A stretch of DNA of 64,000 nucleotides from an uncultured virus (IMG/VR IMGVR_UViG_3300044568_002560) (IMGVR_UViG_3300044568_002560), one strand, 5' to 3'. Positions 19,631 to 30,492 are shown, counted from the stretch's first letter. Program-made: numbers and translations. The notes: a model not told the origin generated them from the letters alone.

Positions 19631-20275
19631 TCAGAGTTTTGAGATAAAGTCTTTGAACAGGTGGATTGCTTGCTCTTCCAAGCGACGAGATGAGGTTTTT
19701 TTGATGATCTTTTTGTAGTTTTCAATCACTACAGGCTTGAGAACCCCATTGTCCCAAATCCATTCCTTGCCTTCCATGATACCGTTAACAAACGCATTGG
19801 GTGCGGAGGGATCAGCCACCACATCCACTGCTGCAAGCATGAAGTCCTCTTGCACCACATTGACTCCATCCTGTTCCTTGAGACTGCCCATGCCACGAGA
19901 AGAAACGCCTAGTTTGGCTCCTTCGTCAATCAGATTCTTTACAATCTTGCCGTAGGGGGTGTCCATGATCTTGGCTTCACCAATAATCTGCTTGCCGTCC
20001 ACGGACAGATTTTTGATGATGTGAGACACGCGCTCTAGGTTGACGGTTGGGCCTTCGGGATGCCCAAGTTCACCCATTGCACGGTTCTGCTTCACATACT
20101 CGTTGTTGTAGCGTCCAATTTCCTGCTCCATGATTGCACCGGGATACACGCGACCGTTACGGTTCTTGGTATCCGATTCCATGAATACACCCTTAATGAA
20201 ATAATTCTTCTGACCGTTCTTTTCTTCGGTCAAGACTTGAATTTCACTCTGGGTTGTTTCGGTGATGAGTTTCAT
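19631..20275 (-). CDS. 21: Prohead protease gp21
   Basis: NRNGRVYP, GELGHP, GVSSRGMGS, DVVADPSAP. Confidence 0.97.
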   Translation of the reverse strand: MKLITETTQSEIQVLTEEKNGQKNYFIKGVFMESDTKNRNGRVYPGAIMEQEIGRYNNEYVKQNRAMGELGHPEGPTVNLERVSHIIKNLSVDGKQIIGEAKIMDTPYGKIVKNLIDEGAKLGVSSRGMGSLKEQDGVNVVQEDFMLAAVDVVADPSAPNAFVNGIMEGKEWIWDNGVLKPVVIENYKKIIKKTSSRRLEEQAIHLFKDFISKL

Positions 20276-20538
20276 TAGTTGCCTTCAGCCTCTTCGTACA
20301 TGGACGGCTTTTCGCTCTTGGTCTTCTTCTTCTTGGTTTCTTTCTTGTCTTCGCCGTCTTCGCCATCGCTGTACATGCCCATCTTCTTGTCTTCATTAAA
20401 CACGGCTTCAGCCACGGCTACACGCTGCTCGTCTAGCAGGAGGGAAGCCTTGGCGTACAGGGCATTGAATACATGCTCCTTGGCATCGGCGTAGTTCTTT
20501 TCCAGTAGGGCTTTTGCGATCTTTTTGTTGTTGTCCAT
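20275..20538 (-). CDS. Small prohead core protein (gp67/gp68-like)
   Basis: Position between gp20 and gp21, charged composition, own late promoter. Confidence 0.6.
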   Translation of the reverse strand: MDNNKKIAKALLEKNYADAKEHVFNALYAKASLLLDEQRVAVAEAVFNEDKKMGMYSDGEDGEDKKETKKKKTKSEKPSMYEEAEGN

Positions 20539-20609
20539 TGGTTCTCCTTGTCAGACCTTATTTATTTAGTATCCGCTATATTTCTCGTAAAATAGTGGAG
20601 TTTAAAGCA

Positions 20610-22304
20610 TCATTCCTTGGGGTTGCCAAACTCGTCTTCTTCATCGTCTCCCCCGACTATTTCACCAATTGTCACATTGGGAGCAGAGGGGGCTTGGGTT
20701 GTGTCTCCACCCATAGCAGCCTCGGGAGGTGCGCCTTCGGCTCCAGCGGGGGTCATCTGCCCTTCGGGGGGTAGAATCTTGCCCTCTGCCATTTCACTCT
20801 TGATAGCGTTGTCAATCTCCTCAATGTCTTCCGCAGTCTGCTTTAAAATATGCCGACGCACAAAATCGCGGGAGTAGTACTTGCCCACAAAGTCTTCGGC
20901 ATCCCGTGCGCTCTGTAGACGATCCTTGAGCACTTCGCTTTCCTTGAGTTCGCTGAAGTGGGAGTCCATGTTGAACTTGAACGCAATCTTGGGTTCAATG
21001 TCCGTCCACTCGTCTTCACGAATAACTCCCTTGAGAACCAGTTGTACGCGCAGCAGGTTCAAGAATACTTCAGAGAACTTCATGCGAAGTCGTTCCACAA
21101 ACTTGAAGAACTTTACTTCATCACGGCTAATTTCAGACGCACGACCAATATTAAAGCCTGTGTTTTCTTCTAGACGGGAAGTAGGCACATTAAGCGACTG
21201 GAACAGTTTCTTCTGGAAGTACTTGACATCTTCCATTTCACCAAGATTCTGACCGCCCTGTAGAGTGCTGACTTCTGTGCCCTTGCCGCCTTCACGACGA
21301 GGCATCCAAAAGTCTTCCAACATGGACAGGTGCTTGCGGCTATCAGTCATTTCTCCTGTAGCGGGATCGTACATGAGTTTGCTGCGATACCGCTGCATAA
21401 GCCCGCGCACATACTCTTCAGCCTTTTGCTTGGGTAGATTACCCACATCCACATAGAAAATACGGCGTTCAGGAGCGCGAGCCAAACGATAGATTACCAC
21501 TGCGTCTTCAATCATACGCAACTGGTTGAGTGACTTGATTGCCTTGTGCAGATAACCTAATATTTTCTTGCGTCGTGAGTCAAACAATCCGCTGTGGACA
21601 AAGCAGATAGCGTCAGGATTAATCTTGAGTCCGTCCAAGGTCATGCTAGTGGAAGCCTGATCCTGTTCAGCGTAGATGTAGAACTCTTCAATTTCTGACA
21701 CCAGTGAAACACTCATGGGGCTATTTCCCATATTTCCACTGCCGGTGGTTGCGTTGAGTGGCTTCTTCTTTACTCTGCGAACCTTGCGAATTTTCACAGG
21801 ATCAATAGGACGCAGTTCAAGAATACCCTTCTTGCGGTTCTTCTCGTCAATAATAATGTGGTAATACAGGCGGCTTTCCACATACCACTTGCGGAACACT
21901 TCGTAACCACGACGAGTAAAGTCCAGCAGATTCAGCACCTCGTGGAACTCGTCCTCAATCTTGTCTTTGATGGCTTTGGACTGCTTGACCGAAGACACAT
22001 CAATCTTGACTGCATCCAGTGTGTCGTTGTATACAATGCTCTCGTTGCAAATATCTGCAATGGCACTTTCACATTCAGGGTGTAGTGCCATCTCGCGGTA
22101 CTTGTAGATGAGTTCAATGTCTGACTTTACTGAACCGTCAAAGTCAACATACGCTCCGAAATATCCACCCACTTCAACAGGGGTTGCACCGTCATCGTAA
22201 TCAGGAGGGACAAAAGAAACCGGCTTCTTGAGGAGTTCCTCAGCAGAAGCCGGTTCTTTACCGTCCTTTTTTCCGATACTAAAACCGAACAGGTTGATTG
22301 CCAT
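20610..22304 (-). CDS. 20: Portal protein gp20
   Basis: NQLRMIEDAVVIYRLARAPERRIFYVDVGNLPK, EDFWMPRREGGKGTE. Confidence 0.98.
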   Translation of the reverse strand: MAINLFGFSIGKKDGKEPASAEELLKKPVSFVPPDYDDGATPVEVGGYFGAYVDFDGSVKSDIELIYKYREMALHPECESAIADICNESIVYNDTLDAVKIDVSSVKQSKAIKDKIEDEFHEVLNLLDFTRRGYEVFRKWYVESRLYYHIIIDEKNRKKGILELRPIDPVKIRKVRRVKKKPLNATTGSGNMGNSPMSVSLVSEIEEFYIYAEQDQASTSMTLDGLKINPDAICFVHSGLFDSRRKKILGYLHKAIKSLNQLRMIEDAVVIYRLARAPERRIFYVDVGNLPKQKAEEYVRGLMQRYRSKLMYDPATGEMTDSRKHLSMLEDFWMPRREGGKGTEVSTLQGGQNLGEMEDVKYFQKKLFQSLNVPTSRLEENTGFNIGRASEISRDEVKFFKFVERLRMKFSEVFLNLLRVQLVLKGVIREDEWTDIEPKIAFKFNMDSHFSELKESEVLKDRLQSARDAEDFVGKYYSRDFVRRHILKQTAEDIEEIDNAIKSEMAEGKILPPEGQMTPAGAEGAPPEAAMGGDTTQAPSAPNVTIGEIVGGDDEEDEFGNPKE

Positions 22305-22329
22305 AATGTAATTACCTTTTTAAAAAGGA

Positions 22330-22944
22330 TTAGAAGCCAATACCGATGTTGATGCCCAAGTTCTGTAGTAGTCCGTTCAGGTTGATGCCTACGCCGCTGC
22401 CAACCGCAGGAACCGCAGCACCCGGAGCAGCCTCCCACCACGAGTAGTTCAGAGTCACAGGGAATTCAGCGATAGAGTCGTTGTTCTCGTAGGACAGGTC
22501 AATGGTTCCTACTTCCGCAGGGAAGCAGCCAACAAAACTGTAACTACGCAGCGGCTCACCGTCACGATGGAGTTGAGTCACCGACCAAGTAGGCATGAAC
22601 TCCATGAAGTTACGGGGAGCAACATTGGAGGTGTGCGAGTTAAAGATTGCACTCCAGTTCTCAAATGCCGAGCGTAGAGCAAGGTTGGCATCAGAGATAA
22701 TGGTGAGCGACCAGTCTTGGAAGGTACGGTCACCCGGTAGTTTGATTCGGCGACCACGATACGGAACCTCAATGGTTCCTAGTGACGAAGCAGGAATCTG
22801 AGCAGCCTTGCACAAGAACGAGATGGCTCGGTTATTTGAGTATCCCGGAATTGTGCCGTTGACCACGAACAGGTTTGTGCGTACACCACCACCTGCAAAG
22901 GCGTTCACAAATCCTGAAATGTTATTGCTTGGATCTACTGGCAT
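22330..22944 (-). CDS. 19: Tail tube protein gp19
   Basis: FLCKAAQIPAS, VPYRGRRIKLPGDRTF, EFPVT. Confidence 0.95.
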   Translation of the reverse strand: MPVDPSNNISGFVNAFAGGGVRTNLFVVNGTIPGYSNNRAISFLCKAAQIPASSLGTIEVPYRGRRIKLPGDRTFQDWSLTIISDANLALRSAFENWSAIFNSHTSNVAPRNFMEFMPTWSVTQLHRDGEPLRSYSFVGCFPAEVGTIDLSYENNDSIAEFPVTLNYSWWEAAPGAAVPAVGSGVGINLNGLLQNLGINIGIGF

Positions 22945-22981
22945 TTATTTGCTCCTTTTGTTATCCGTAGTATCTATACGA

Positions 22982-25000
22982 TCAGCCGCCAACTTCTGTG
23001 AAGTTTACGCCAGTCTTGGTGGCGACAAAGTTCAACTGGATGAAGTTGATGCTGCGGGTTGGCTTCACGAAGATATCGGCTACAAACTCGTTGCGGTCGA
23101 TTACTTCGCCTGTGTTGTTGGTGTCATCGCACACCACCTTGAAGTCGGTGATGCCACGACGCTGTTGCACAGTCTTGAGGAACGGAACCACCAAGTTCTT
23201 GAACTGCGCTCGGGTAAACGCATCGTTCTGTTCAAACAGGAAGAACTTGCTTGCGGTGGCAATTGCCTTCTCAAGCACGATGAACAGGCGACGCACATTG
23301 ATGCGATCAAATGCGCTTGGGCGGGTCTGTGCGGTCTTGTCACCGAACAGGATTACGCCTTCGCCGGGGAACGACACCACAGGATTGATCTGACGGGTGT
23401 ACAGTTCGTCGCGGTGTGCTTCGGTTGACGGGTTGTACGCCAACTTGACCACATTCTTGACCTGCCCACGGTTAAATCCTGCGGGTGAGAACCACGCTTC
23501 GTTGGTGAACTCGGTACGAGCCACTAGACCTGCAATATCTGCGTTTAGTGGCACGGTGCGAATCACATTGTTGTAGGTGTCTAGTTGGTACTTCCAACCG
23601 CTGTCTAGAACTGCGTAAGACGAGTTGATGTTGAAAGTGCTGTCGCGGAAGGTCTTGAGCGAGTTCAAGGCTTCGTATGGTAGTTTGCTGACCACATCGG
23701 TGGATGCGGGAGACGCAAATGCCATGCAGTCTAGACGCTTTTCGCAAATGTTGTTTACGACCAGTTTGGCTAGAGTTGCAGAAGCGTTGCCTAGTGGCAA
23801 CAGAGACACATCCACGGTTTCTGCGTCAGCAAAGTAACTCCAACCGTCGTTCCAACGCTCTCCGTCTGCTGGTGTGCTGTCTGCACCCTGAGTAAGACCT
23901 AAAGAGATTACATTGTGACCCACAAGACGAGCACCAGCGATTCCGTTTAGAGTAGTCCAATCAGTCTTGGTGGAAACTCCACCAGTGTTATCTGCCAAAT
24001 CTGCCTGAATAGCGTAGATGTAGTTGGACTGATCTCGGATCACATTCTTGTAGTAGTTGCTTGATCCGTCTGTGTTTCGTGCATCGCTTGCACGAGACAC
24101 GGCTTCGTACTTCTCCAGTAGTGTTCCGGGAGTTCCTGTCCACTTGCCGTCGTTGTCAATCACCAACACGCTAATCATGTCACCGGAACCGCCTTGAGCC
24201 GCTGCGTAGTTTGTAGTGGTTGCAACAGTATTTACATAGTTGCTGTACACACTCTTTACTTGGAAAGTCATACCAGCAGTCTGTGCCTTTGGCAATCCGT
24301 TTTGGAAAGACAGTCTAATATTGCCAGAAGAAGTTAGTCCACTAAATTCGTTGTTTACTCCTGTTACTCCTACTACACTATCAAGCAATACTGTGGTTCC
24401 ATCGTTGAATATAATGGAATCGCCTTTGGTGAAATGGTATTTGTAACTGCTATTCACAGCAGCAAATGTCAATCCAGTTGCACCAAAATCCAAAGCAGCA
24501 CTGATTGTCATTCCGGTGCTCACTCCAGCATTGGCGTATCCTGTGAGTCCGTTACCAGCAACAACAACCACCTTGAGGCTGTTACCAAGTGCACCGGGAT
24601 ATTTGGCTGCAAATACTAGACCATTAGCCGCAGCAGTAGTTACAGCGGCAACAGGAGCATCGTATTCGCTTTCGTTGAAAATATCAAAAGTACCACCACT
24701 AAATCCACCGGTGATTCCAACAGCAGCATTGGCGGCACTAGCACCAACCACACGCACAACTTGAATGTTGTTGCCGTACTGTAGGAAGTTGGCAGGGGTA
24801 AAGAAATCCACAAAGTTGGTGCTGTCTGGCTTTCCAAACACATCAGCCAGTTCGCGTTCAGATGTAACTGTCACGATTTCTTTGCATGGTCCCCAGTAGA
24901 AGTACCCAGCGTAACCGCCGGGAGTGGTTGCTACTGCGGGTACAACTGTGGTCAGGTCGATTTCTTTGATGCTTACGCCGGGGCTTACTCTAAATGCCAT
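22982..25000 (-). CDS. 18: Tail sheath protein gp18
   Basis: SPGVSIKEIDLT, WFSPAGFNRG, FDRINVRRLF, KPTRSINFI. Confidence 0.97.
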   Translation of the reverse strand: MAFRVSPGVSIKEIDLTTVVPAVATTPGGYAGYFYWGPCKEIVTVTSERELADVFGKPDSTNFVDFFTPANFLQYGNNIQVVRVVGASAANAAVGITGGFSGGTFDIFNESEYDAPVAAVTTAAANGLVFAAKYPGALGNSLKVVVVAGNGLTGYANAGVSTGMTISAALDFGATGLTFAAVNSSYKYHFTKGDSIIFNDGTTVLLDSVVGVTGVNNEFSGLTSSGNIRLSFQNGLPKAQTAGMTFQVKSVYSNYVNTVATTTNYAAAQGGSGDMISVLVIDNDGKWTGTPGTLLEKYEAVSRASDARNTDGSSNYYKNVIRDQSNYIYAIQADLADNTGGVSTKTDWTTLNGIAGARLVGHNVISLGLTQGADSTPADGERWNDGWSYFADAETVDVSLLPLGNASATLAKLVVNNICEKRLDCMAFASPASTDVVSKLPYEALNSLKTFRDSTFNINSSYAVLDSGWKYQLDTYNNVIRTVPLNADIAGLVARTEFTNEAWFSPAGFNRGQVKNVVKLAYNPSTEAHRDELYTRQINPVVSFPGEGVILFGDKTAQTRPSAFDRINVRRLFIVLEKAIATASKFFLFEQNDAFTRAQFKNLVVPFLKTVQQRRGITDFKVVCDDTNNTGEVIDRNEFVADIFVKPTRSINFIQLNFVATKTGVNFTEVGG

Positions 25001-25091
25001 TGTGGAATCTCCTTAGTCTGTGAAGCACGGGGTGTGTGTATCGGTACTTCTACCTGTATGTATTATTTGGTTTTTTCCTGTAAACTGCCGT

Positions 25092-26744
25092 TTAACCCCG
25101 CTCGTCGCCCCAATTCCATGCTGTTCCGCTGTCGTCTACGGCGGTTGTTGAGTCAGAACCGTCGTCCACGAACCCAAAAGGGGTCATTTCTTCTTCTAAA
25201 TTTTTCATTTGGTCTTCGTACAGGTCTTTACGAATATCACTGCCTGTAATATCTTTAAAATACGCTTGGGTAGTTAGCCAAGAAAACAGCACCAGAGTCA
25301 TGGCTAAATCGTCGTGGTGGTTGTCTTCGGCTTCAAACGAGTCGCCTTTAGCCACAAAAGTACATAACTCGTCCACCACACCAAAATCTTCAACTATGAG
25401 TTTGGTGTCCTCAATCAAATTTTTGAGAATGGAGCACCCAATACGCTTCACGGCTGTGGAGGTTTTTACCCCCTTCATAGCCGAGCCGCCCTTGCCGAAA
25501 CCACCGTTCACTATCTGTCCCTTGCGCCCCTGCATCTGCACATAGATCAGATTGTCGTACTCTAAATCGTCATGCAGAATGTCGGCTACCTGTTGACCAA
25601 TATCGTTGATTTCCACCAGTACATACGCATTGTTGTACTGCCGTGCCACAGGATAGATGGCATTAGGGTACAACATGGGAGCCAACTGGTTGTTTCGGAA
25701 TGTGGCAACCACTCGGTACGGGATTTGGGTCACATCCACAACGCTGAAAGCGTGGTAGTCTTGCCCCTGACCACGCGAGGTGTCCACCACAAGCACATAC
25801 TTGTGATCGGGCTGTGGTCGGGAGTACACACGCAAACCCTCATTATTCAAATATTCAGGAGTGCGGTACACCATGCACTTGAGTTTTTCAGGGTGGATAA
25901 GTGTGTGAACCGAACCCAAGAATTCGGTTTCAAACTCCGTGCGGAACTGCTCAAGACTTGTATTAGAAATGGTTTGCTTTTTCCACTCGTCGTCACGACC
26001 GGGCACATCGCTCCAATGCACCTCAATAGGGTAGTACTCGTTCTTGCCTTCTTCGCCCGGTCGCTTGTTGGCATTTACCCATATGCGGTAGAACATGTTC
26101 AAGCCTTTGGGCGTTGACACAATAATCACTTTGGTTTCTTTACCGCTAGTAATGGTGGGATACACGGACGAGAAGAACTCTTCGGCTACATTCTGCGGCA
26201 CATACGCAAACTCGTCCAACATGATGCAGTTGAATGATCCACCGCGAACAGCCGAAGACGAAGTGGCTGCTGCCAGCACTTTTGAGCCGTTTTCAAGCAC
26301 AATAGAGCCTTTATTCCACTCCACTACACCCTGCTGTAGCCATATGGGCAGGTACTCGTAGGCTAGTTTCAAGCGTCCCAGTAGTTCACGGGCTGTGGCT
26401 AGTTTGTTAGCCAAGATAGCCACGCTCATGTTCTGATTGAACAGAATGTAGTGCAGGAGAAACGACACCATTGTGGTGGACTTACCGCTTTGTCGAGGCA
26501 TTTTGCAGATCACGAAACGGTTGGTGTGTACTGCTTCAATCATTTCTTCCTGAAACTCATACGGCTCAAAAGGAACCAAGCCCTTGTCGAGCGATACAAT
26601 TTTCACATAATGTTTGATGAAATACAGGGGGTCTTGAGAGCACCGCACATACTCTTCAATCTGCTTTTCGGAAAAGTTTACATTTACCCCTGCGGCTTTC
26701 AGGTTAGAGTTGCCCAGATACTTTTGACTTTTATTCACAGGCAT
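25092..26744 (-). CDS. 17: Terminase large subunit gp17
   Basis: PRQSGKST, LDEFA, VSTPKG, HDDLAM. Confidence 0.97.
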   Translation of the reverse strand: MPVNKSQKYLGNSNLKAAGVNVNFSEKQIEEYVRCSQDPLYFIKHYVKIVSLDKGLVPFEPYEFQEEMIEAVHTNRFVICKMPRQSGKSTTMVSFLLHYILFNQNMSVAILANKLATARELLGRLKLAYEYLPIWLQQGVVEWNKGSIVLENGSKVLAAATSSSAVRGGSFNCIMLDEFAYVPQNVAEEFFSSVYPTITSGKETKVIIVSTPKGLNMFYRIWVNANKRPGEEGKNEYYPIEVHWSDVPGRDDEWKKQTISNTSLEQFRTEFETEFLGSVHTLIHPEKLKCMVYRTPEYLNNEGLRVYSRPQPDHKYVLVVDTSRGQGQDYHAFSVVDVTQIPYRVVATFRNNQLAPMLYPNAIYPVARQYNNAYVLVEINDIGQQVADILHDDLEYDNLIYVQMQGRKGQIVNGGFGKGGSAMKGVKTSTAVKRIGCSILKNLIEDTKLIVEDFGVVDELCTFVAKGDSFEAEDNHHDDLAMTLVLFSWLTTQAYFKDITGSDIRKDLYEDQMKNLEEEMTPFGFVDDGSDSTTAVDDSGTAWNWGDERG

Positions 26745-27042
26745 CCACCTTTCCTAAAACAGTTCCACGCAATTTCAGAGTAAACACACCACCAACTGCT
26801 AGTACAGCATTTCTTTTTTCTGTGTCGGGGTACTGCACGATTTGGGTGTATTCGTTTTCCACATCTTCTTCTTTTATATTTTGCTTGCAAGTGGCACACA
26901 GAGAGTTGTCATAGACTCGTTTGGCTCGGGAATACCATCCAAACAAAGTGCTAGGCGCACGGCATATTCCTGTGGGAGTATTTTCTCCTGCATACAAGTG
27001 CTTTACCAAATCCACAGGGCTTTCAAAGGTGTACTCATTCAT
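26731..27042 (-). CDS. Small Cys-containing hypothetical protein
   Basis: 103-aa ORF overlapping both neighbours; resembles 32576..32887. Confidence 0.7.
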   Translation of the reverse strand: MNEYTFESPVDLVKHLYAGENTPTGICRAPSTLFGWYSRAKRVYDNSLCATCKQNIKEEDVENEYTQIVQYPDTEKRNAVLAVGGVFTLKLRGTVLGKVDACE

Positions 27043-27391
27043 GTGATAGATTCTTTATTGCCCAAGCAAACAGTAGATACGAAAGCAGCCCGCCTCCGTA
27101 AACCGCAGGCATATGGGAAAAGCATCCAAAAGCCCAACACCCAGCAAACGCTATCCACACACCAATACAGAACGGGCATCCACACATACGCACAAAAAAA
27201 GACGGGTACTTCATGGACAGGAACTCGCCGTACCGTAAAGTCATGTCGTGTTTACGGAACTCTGCGTATTCCCGTGTGTGAAATAATCGCTCACAAAACG
27301 GCAGCAGACGCAAATACTCGTATACCGCTGAAGTTTTGAATCCTATCCACAACACAAAAGCAGTCCAATACATGGCTAATACTGTACTCAC
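27035..27391 (-). CDS. Small membrane protein with CPFC motif (DUF1360-like)
   Basis: Hydrophobic segments, CGCPFCIGVWI; late promoter and GGAGG RBS upstream. Confidence 0.65.
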   Translation of the reverse strand: MSTVLAMYWTAFVLWIGFKTSAVYEYLRLLPFCERLFHTREYAEFRKHDMTLRYGEFLSMKYPSFFVRMCGCPFCIGVWIAFAGCWAFGCFSHMPAVYGGGLLSYLLFAWAIKNLSHE

Positions 27392-27411
27392 GCCGTACCT
27401 CCGTCTAGTAT

Positions 27412-27897
27412 TTATGGCGCGTCTTCCACCTGTGCTTCGATAAACGCTTTTTTACTTGAACGGGCACTGTTTATAATATCCTGCAAATCACGGGTAGACC
27501 CCACATAAATGGCGTTTGTTGTGGTGTTGTTTGTGGTGTTGTTTTCAGTTTTACGAATACCCTTCATCTTGTCGTGCATATCCAACAGATCACGATTGGT
27601 TTCCGAAAGTGTTTTAATCATTTGGGCTACCACTTCATACGCACGGGGCGAGTCGCCTTCTTGGGCTACGGCTAGCACTCCGTCCAGTGCGTTCTTGCCG
27701 CTCTCAACCAGTTCACGAAGGTTTTTACGAACCGTTTCGTAGTCGTGTTTCAGGTCTTTTTCCAAGTACTCTTGGGTTAGTGGTGGAGTTTCAATCCGCA
27801 CCACAGGAATAGGAGAAGACTTGACTACAGGCTGTGATTCGTTTTCTGATGGCACTCCACTCAACACCGATTCAATATGTTCAAATCCATCAGCCAT
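27412..27897 (-). CDS. 16: Terminase small subunit gp16
   Basis: DYETVRKNL, PRAYEVVAQMIK, AIYVGSTRDLQ; start trimmed to ATG 27897. Confidence 0.92.
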   Translation of the reverse strand: MADGFEHIESVLSGVPSENESQPVVKSSPIPVVRIETPPLTQEYLEKDLKHDYETVRKNLRELVESGKNALDGVLAVAQEGDSPRAYEVVAQMIKTLSETNRDLLDMHDKMKGIRKTENNTTNNTTTNAIYVGSTRDLQDIINSARSSKKAFIEAQVEDAP

Positions 27898-28783
27898 AGA
27901 AACCTCCTGCACTTTGTGTTGTTCCATTAACTCCAAACCAGCCCACAGTTACACCACCTGATGCCATACCCGCAGCGTATGTAGAGCCTCCACCCGAATC
28001 TGCTTGGTATATCTTGGCATACGGAGAGTAGGTGTACTTGTCGGAACTTGCACCACTTGCTCCAGTAATACCCACAAACACATTGAACAGATTAGACGCA
28101 GTTGATCCTGCACCAGTGTATCCTGCGGTGTATCCACCGTCGTAATACGACATGTCAAAGAACCGCGAGTTTATCTTTCGGATTTCGCTGTAACTGCGAA
28201 CAGGGCCAAACAGATACGACTTCATGGTAAAGTTCAGGGTGAATATAATGCTGCGGCGGTTTTGGAAATCGCCCTCGTAGTCTTCTTCTGATGTAACAGA
28301 ATTCAAGTAGATGGGCACATCCACTTTTGTGTTTACAGCATCAAAGTTCATGGACACAACAAATTCAGGAGCAAAGTACGGAAGTATCTGCTCTATAATT
28401 TGCAGCCCGTCATCCATGTTTCGGGTGTACACATACAGCCCAAAGTCAATATTGTACGGCACTTCTGCAAATGTATATTTCATCGCAGATGTTTGGGTGT
28501 CTCGTACAATGTTCCGCTGGGCAGAGTTTCGCTTACGAGACGGATCGTATGCAAATCCTGTAATTTCAAATGCAATACGGGGCAGAGTTATTTGAAACGG
28601 ATTCTGTAGATACGGGTCGCCTCCAAGACGCACTTTGTACTTTTCTTTGGGTGCGTATGCAATAGGCACTTCAATGTATTTGGTTCCACTGCTCTCTGTA
28701 CGAGAAATATGTATTTGGTTGAATATGGAACCAAAGGCTACCACCATTTTACGGATGGTTTGGTTGTAGAACTGTGTGAACAT
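27890..28783 (-). CDS. 15: Tail terminator gp15
   Basis: VVAFGSIFN, VPIAYAPKEK, LQIIEQILPYFAP, YEGDF; Gly/Thr-rich C-terminal extension. Confidence 0.95.
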   Translation of the reverse strand: MFTQFYNQTIRKMVVAFGSIFNQIHISRTESSGTKYIEVPIAYAPKEKYKVRLGGDPYLQNPFQITLPRIAFEITGFAYDPSRKRNSAQRNIVRDTQTSAMKYTFAEVPYNIDFGLYVYTRNMDDGLQIIEQILPYFAPEFVVSMNFDAVNTKVDVPIYLNSVTSEEDYEGDFQNRRSIIFTLNFTMKSYLFGPVRSYSEIRKINSRFFDMSYYDGGYTAGYTGAGSTASNLFNVFVGITGASGASSDKYTYSPYAKIYQADSGGGSTYAAGMASGGVTVGWFGVNGTTQSAGGFYG

Positions 28784-29664
28784 CAGAATGGGCCTTCGCT
28801 AAACGGATCGTTTTCGCTAAAATCAAAAATGTTGTCGCGGTTGGCTTCCAAATCAAGAGCCTCATTGTCTTGAATGTTGCTGTTCGTGGTACGGGTATCG
28901 GTATCAGTAATGGCTGTAATAGTGTAAGACGCACCGCTGGTTTTGCCTATCACGGTGTCTCCAATATCAAACGAGCCAGTGTTCATGTTGACTGTTAGAT
29001 ACTTTGCATCAAAGGTTGTGGTATACGCATCAACTCTGGCAGCAGCATGGGGATTAGCCAACAAGCCAGCGTATACTTCTTCGCCCACAGTATAGGTTCC
29101 GCTTCCGCTGCCAAGAGTCAAGCGTTTCTTGTAGGTTGCCACAACAGCCGCTACAGCGTCCATGTCGCTTTCTCCAGTATCCATTTCTTCCTGCGTGTAC
29201 TTGAAGGCTTCACAGTACAGTTTAAACGAGTACCGCTGACCCAATGGATAGAACGGATTGTCGTGTTCCACAAACTTGATTTCAAACATGTTATACGGAT
29301 AATCAAAGTAAATCAAATCACCTTCACGGGGGCGACCCAAATTGCGAATGGTAGTATTGTGCCCCATGACTTCTAGGAATCGTCGTTTGGACACAATAAA
29401 AGTGCAGTTCTCGCGGATATCCAACCCGAATCGGGTCATGTCACTTTCGCCGTCAAACCCTTCGGCGGTTTCCATGTACATCTCAATACGGTTTGCGTCC
29501 TTGAACTTGGACACCTCTTCGCCAAGAATCTTGTCTTCAGTAACCGTTTCTCGTGGAATATACACCATATCGTGACCGTGGATTTTGATAGCCTCGGTGG
29601 TCAACGATTCTAGGAGGTCTTGCTCTCCTTTTACATTCCGGCGAAAATACGGGTTTACTGCCAT
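28783..29664 (-). CDS. 14: Neck protein gp14
   Basis: IEMY, RPREGDLIYF, FEIKFVEH, DFSENDPF. Confidence 0.95.
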   Translation of the reverse strand: MAVNPYFRRNVKGEQDLLESLTTEAIKIHGHDMVYIPRETVTEDKILGEEVSKFKDANRIEMYMETAEGFDGESDMTRFGLDIRENCTFIVSKRRFLEVMGHNTTIRNLGRPREGDLIYFDYPYNMFEIKFVEHDNPFYPLGQRYSFKLYCEAFKYTQEEMDTGESDMDAVAAVVATYKKRLTLGSGSGTYTVGEEVYAGLLANPHAAARVDAYTTTFDAKYLTVNMNTGSFDIGDTVIGKTSGASYTITAITDTDTRTTNSNIQDNEALDLEANRDNIFDFSENDPFSEGPF

Positions 29665-29667
29665 GCT

Positions 29668-30423
29668 TTATCCTGTGATGAAATCGGGTGGCAGTTGGTA
29701 CTTGCTCTGGACATCTTCTTCTAGTTTGGTTATTTCTTCCATTGCCTCCTGATATATTTTGCTGCCGTTGAATGTGACATTTCCCGGAAGAGGCATTCCT
29801 TCGTACTTGGACAGATTAACTCCCCATTGCCGTTTAATAAGGGCAATGGTGTACTTCTTAAGAAAATTGTCGTTGTATATTTCTGTTGAGGTTTCGGGGT
29901 TGTTGGCTGTATATGCCTCAATCATAAGGAAATTACCTGCCTGCATATCAGTTGTGGCTGCATCAATGTATAAACGGTTGTTTACTCGGTTGAAACGAAC
30001 CTGCTTTTCAGGATCAAGCAACTGCTCCAACATTTCAATGTACTGCATGGTGGACACATAGTAGTTTAGATTGGTCTGCCCTGTACGCAACCCGTAAAAG
30101 TCGTTGAGTGCTAACTGGTAACGAATATTAAAAATATTGTTGGTTGTGATGTTGAAACCCATGTGAAATATACGATTAATGGTTAGAATAGACGGATCAA
30201 CTGGGGTGGTGTCTATAAATTTACGGTCGATGTCTTGTTGTGTTAGCGGATAGGTGTAGTACATCCGCATACCGCCATCGTGATGCCACTTGGCAAAGTA
30301 TTCTAGGGCTTCGTCAATACGGTCTTCAACCTGTGAGTCCTCCACATTCACCTCAATCATGGGCTGACCAAGGGCGCGAAGGCAGTAGTCTTTAAGTTCT
30401 TGGCGTGTGTGTGGGCGAGCCAT
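29668..30423 (-). CDS. 13: Neck protein gp13
   Basis: YCLRALG, QVEDRIDEAL, KRQWGVNLSKY. Confidence 0.95.
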   Translation of the reverse strand: MARPHTRQELKDYCLRALGQPMIEVNVEDSQVEDRIDEALEYFAKWHHDGGMRMYYTYPLTQQDIDRKFIDTTPVDPSILTINRIFHMGFNITTNNIFNIRYQLALNDFYGLRTGQTNLNYYVSTMQYIEMLEQLLDPEKQVRFNRVNNRLYIDAATTDMQAGNFLMIEAYTANNPETSTEIYNDNFLKKYTIALIKRQWGVNLSKYEGMPLPGNVTFNGSKIYQEAMEEITKLEEDVQSKYQLPPDFITG

Positions 30424-30492
30424 GCAGTCTCCTTTTCAAGTATTTAGACCAACCGCTGACTCGCATTTTTTACAAAAAAGAACCCCGCCAAA

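Noticed and set aside
16924..26744. Introns, inteins or homing endonucleases in gp17, gp18, gp20 or gp23
   Set aside because: All are continuous ORFs of expected length with no splicing or HNH/GIY-YIG/LAGLIDADG motifs.
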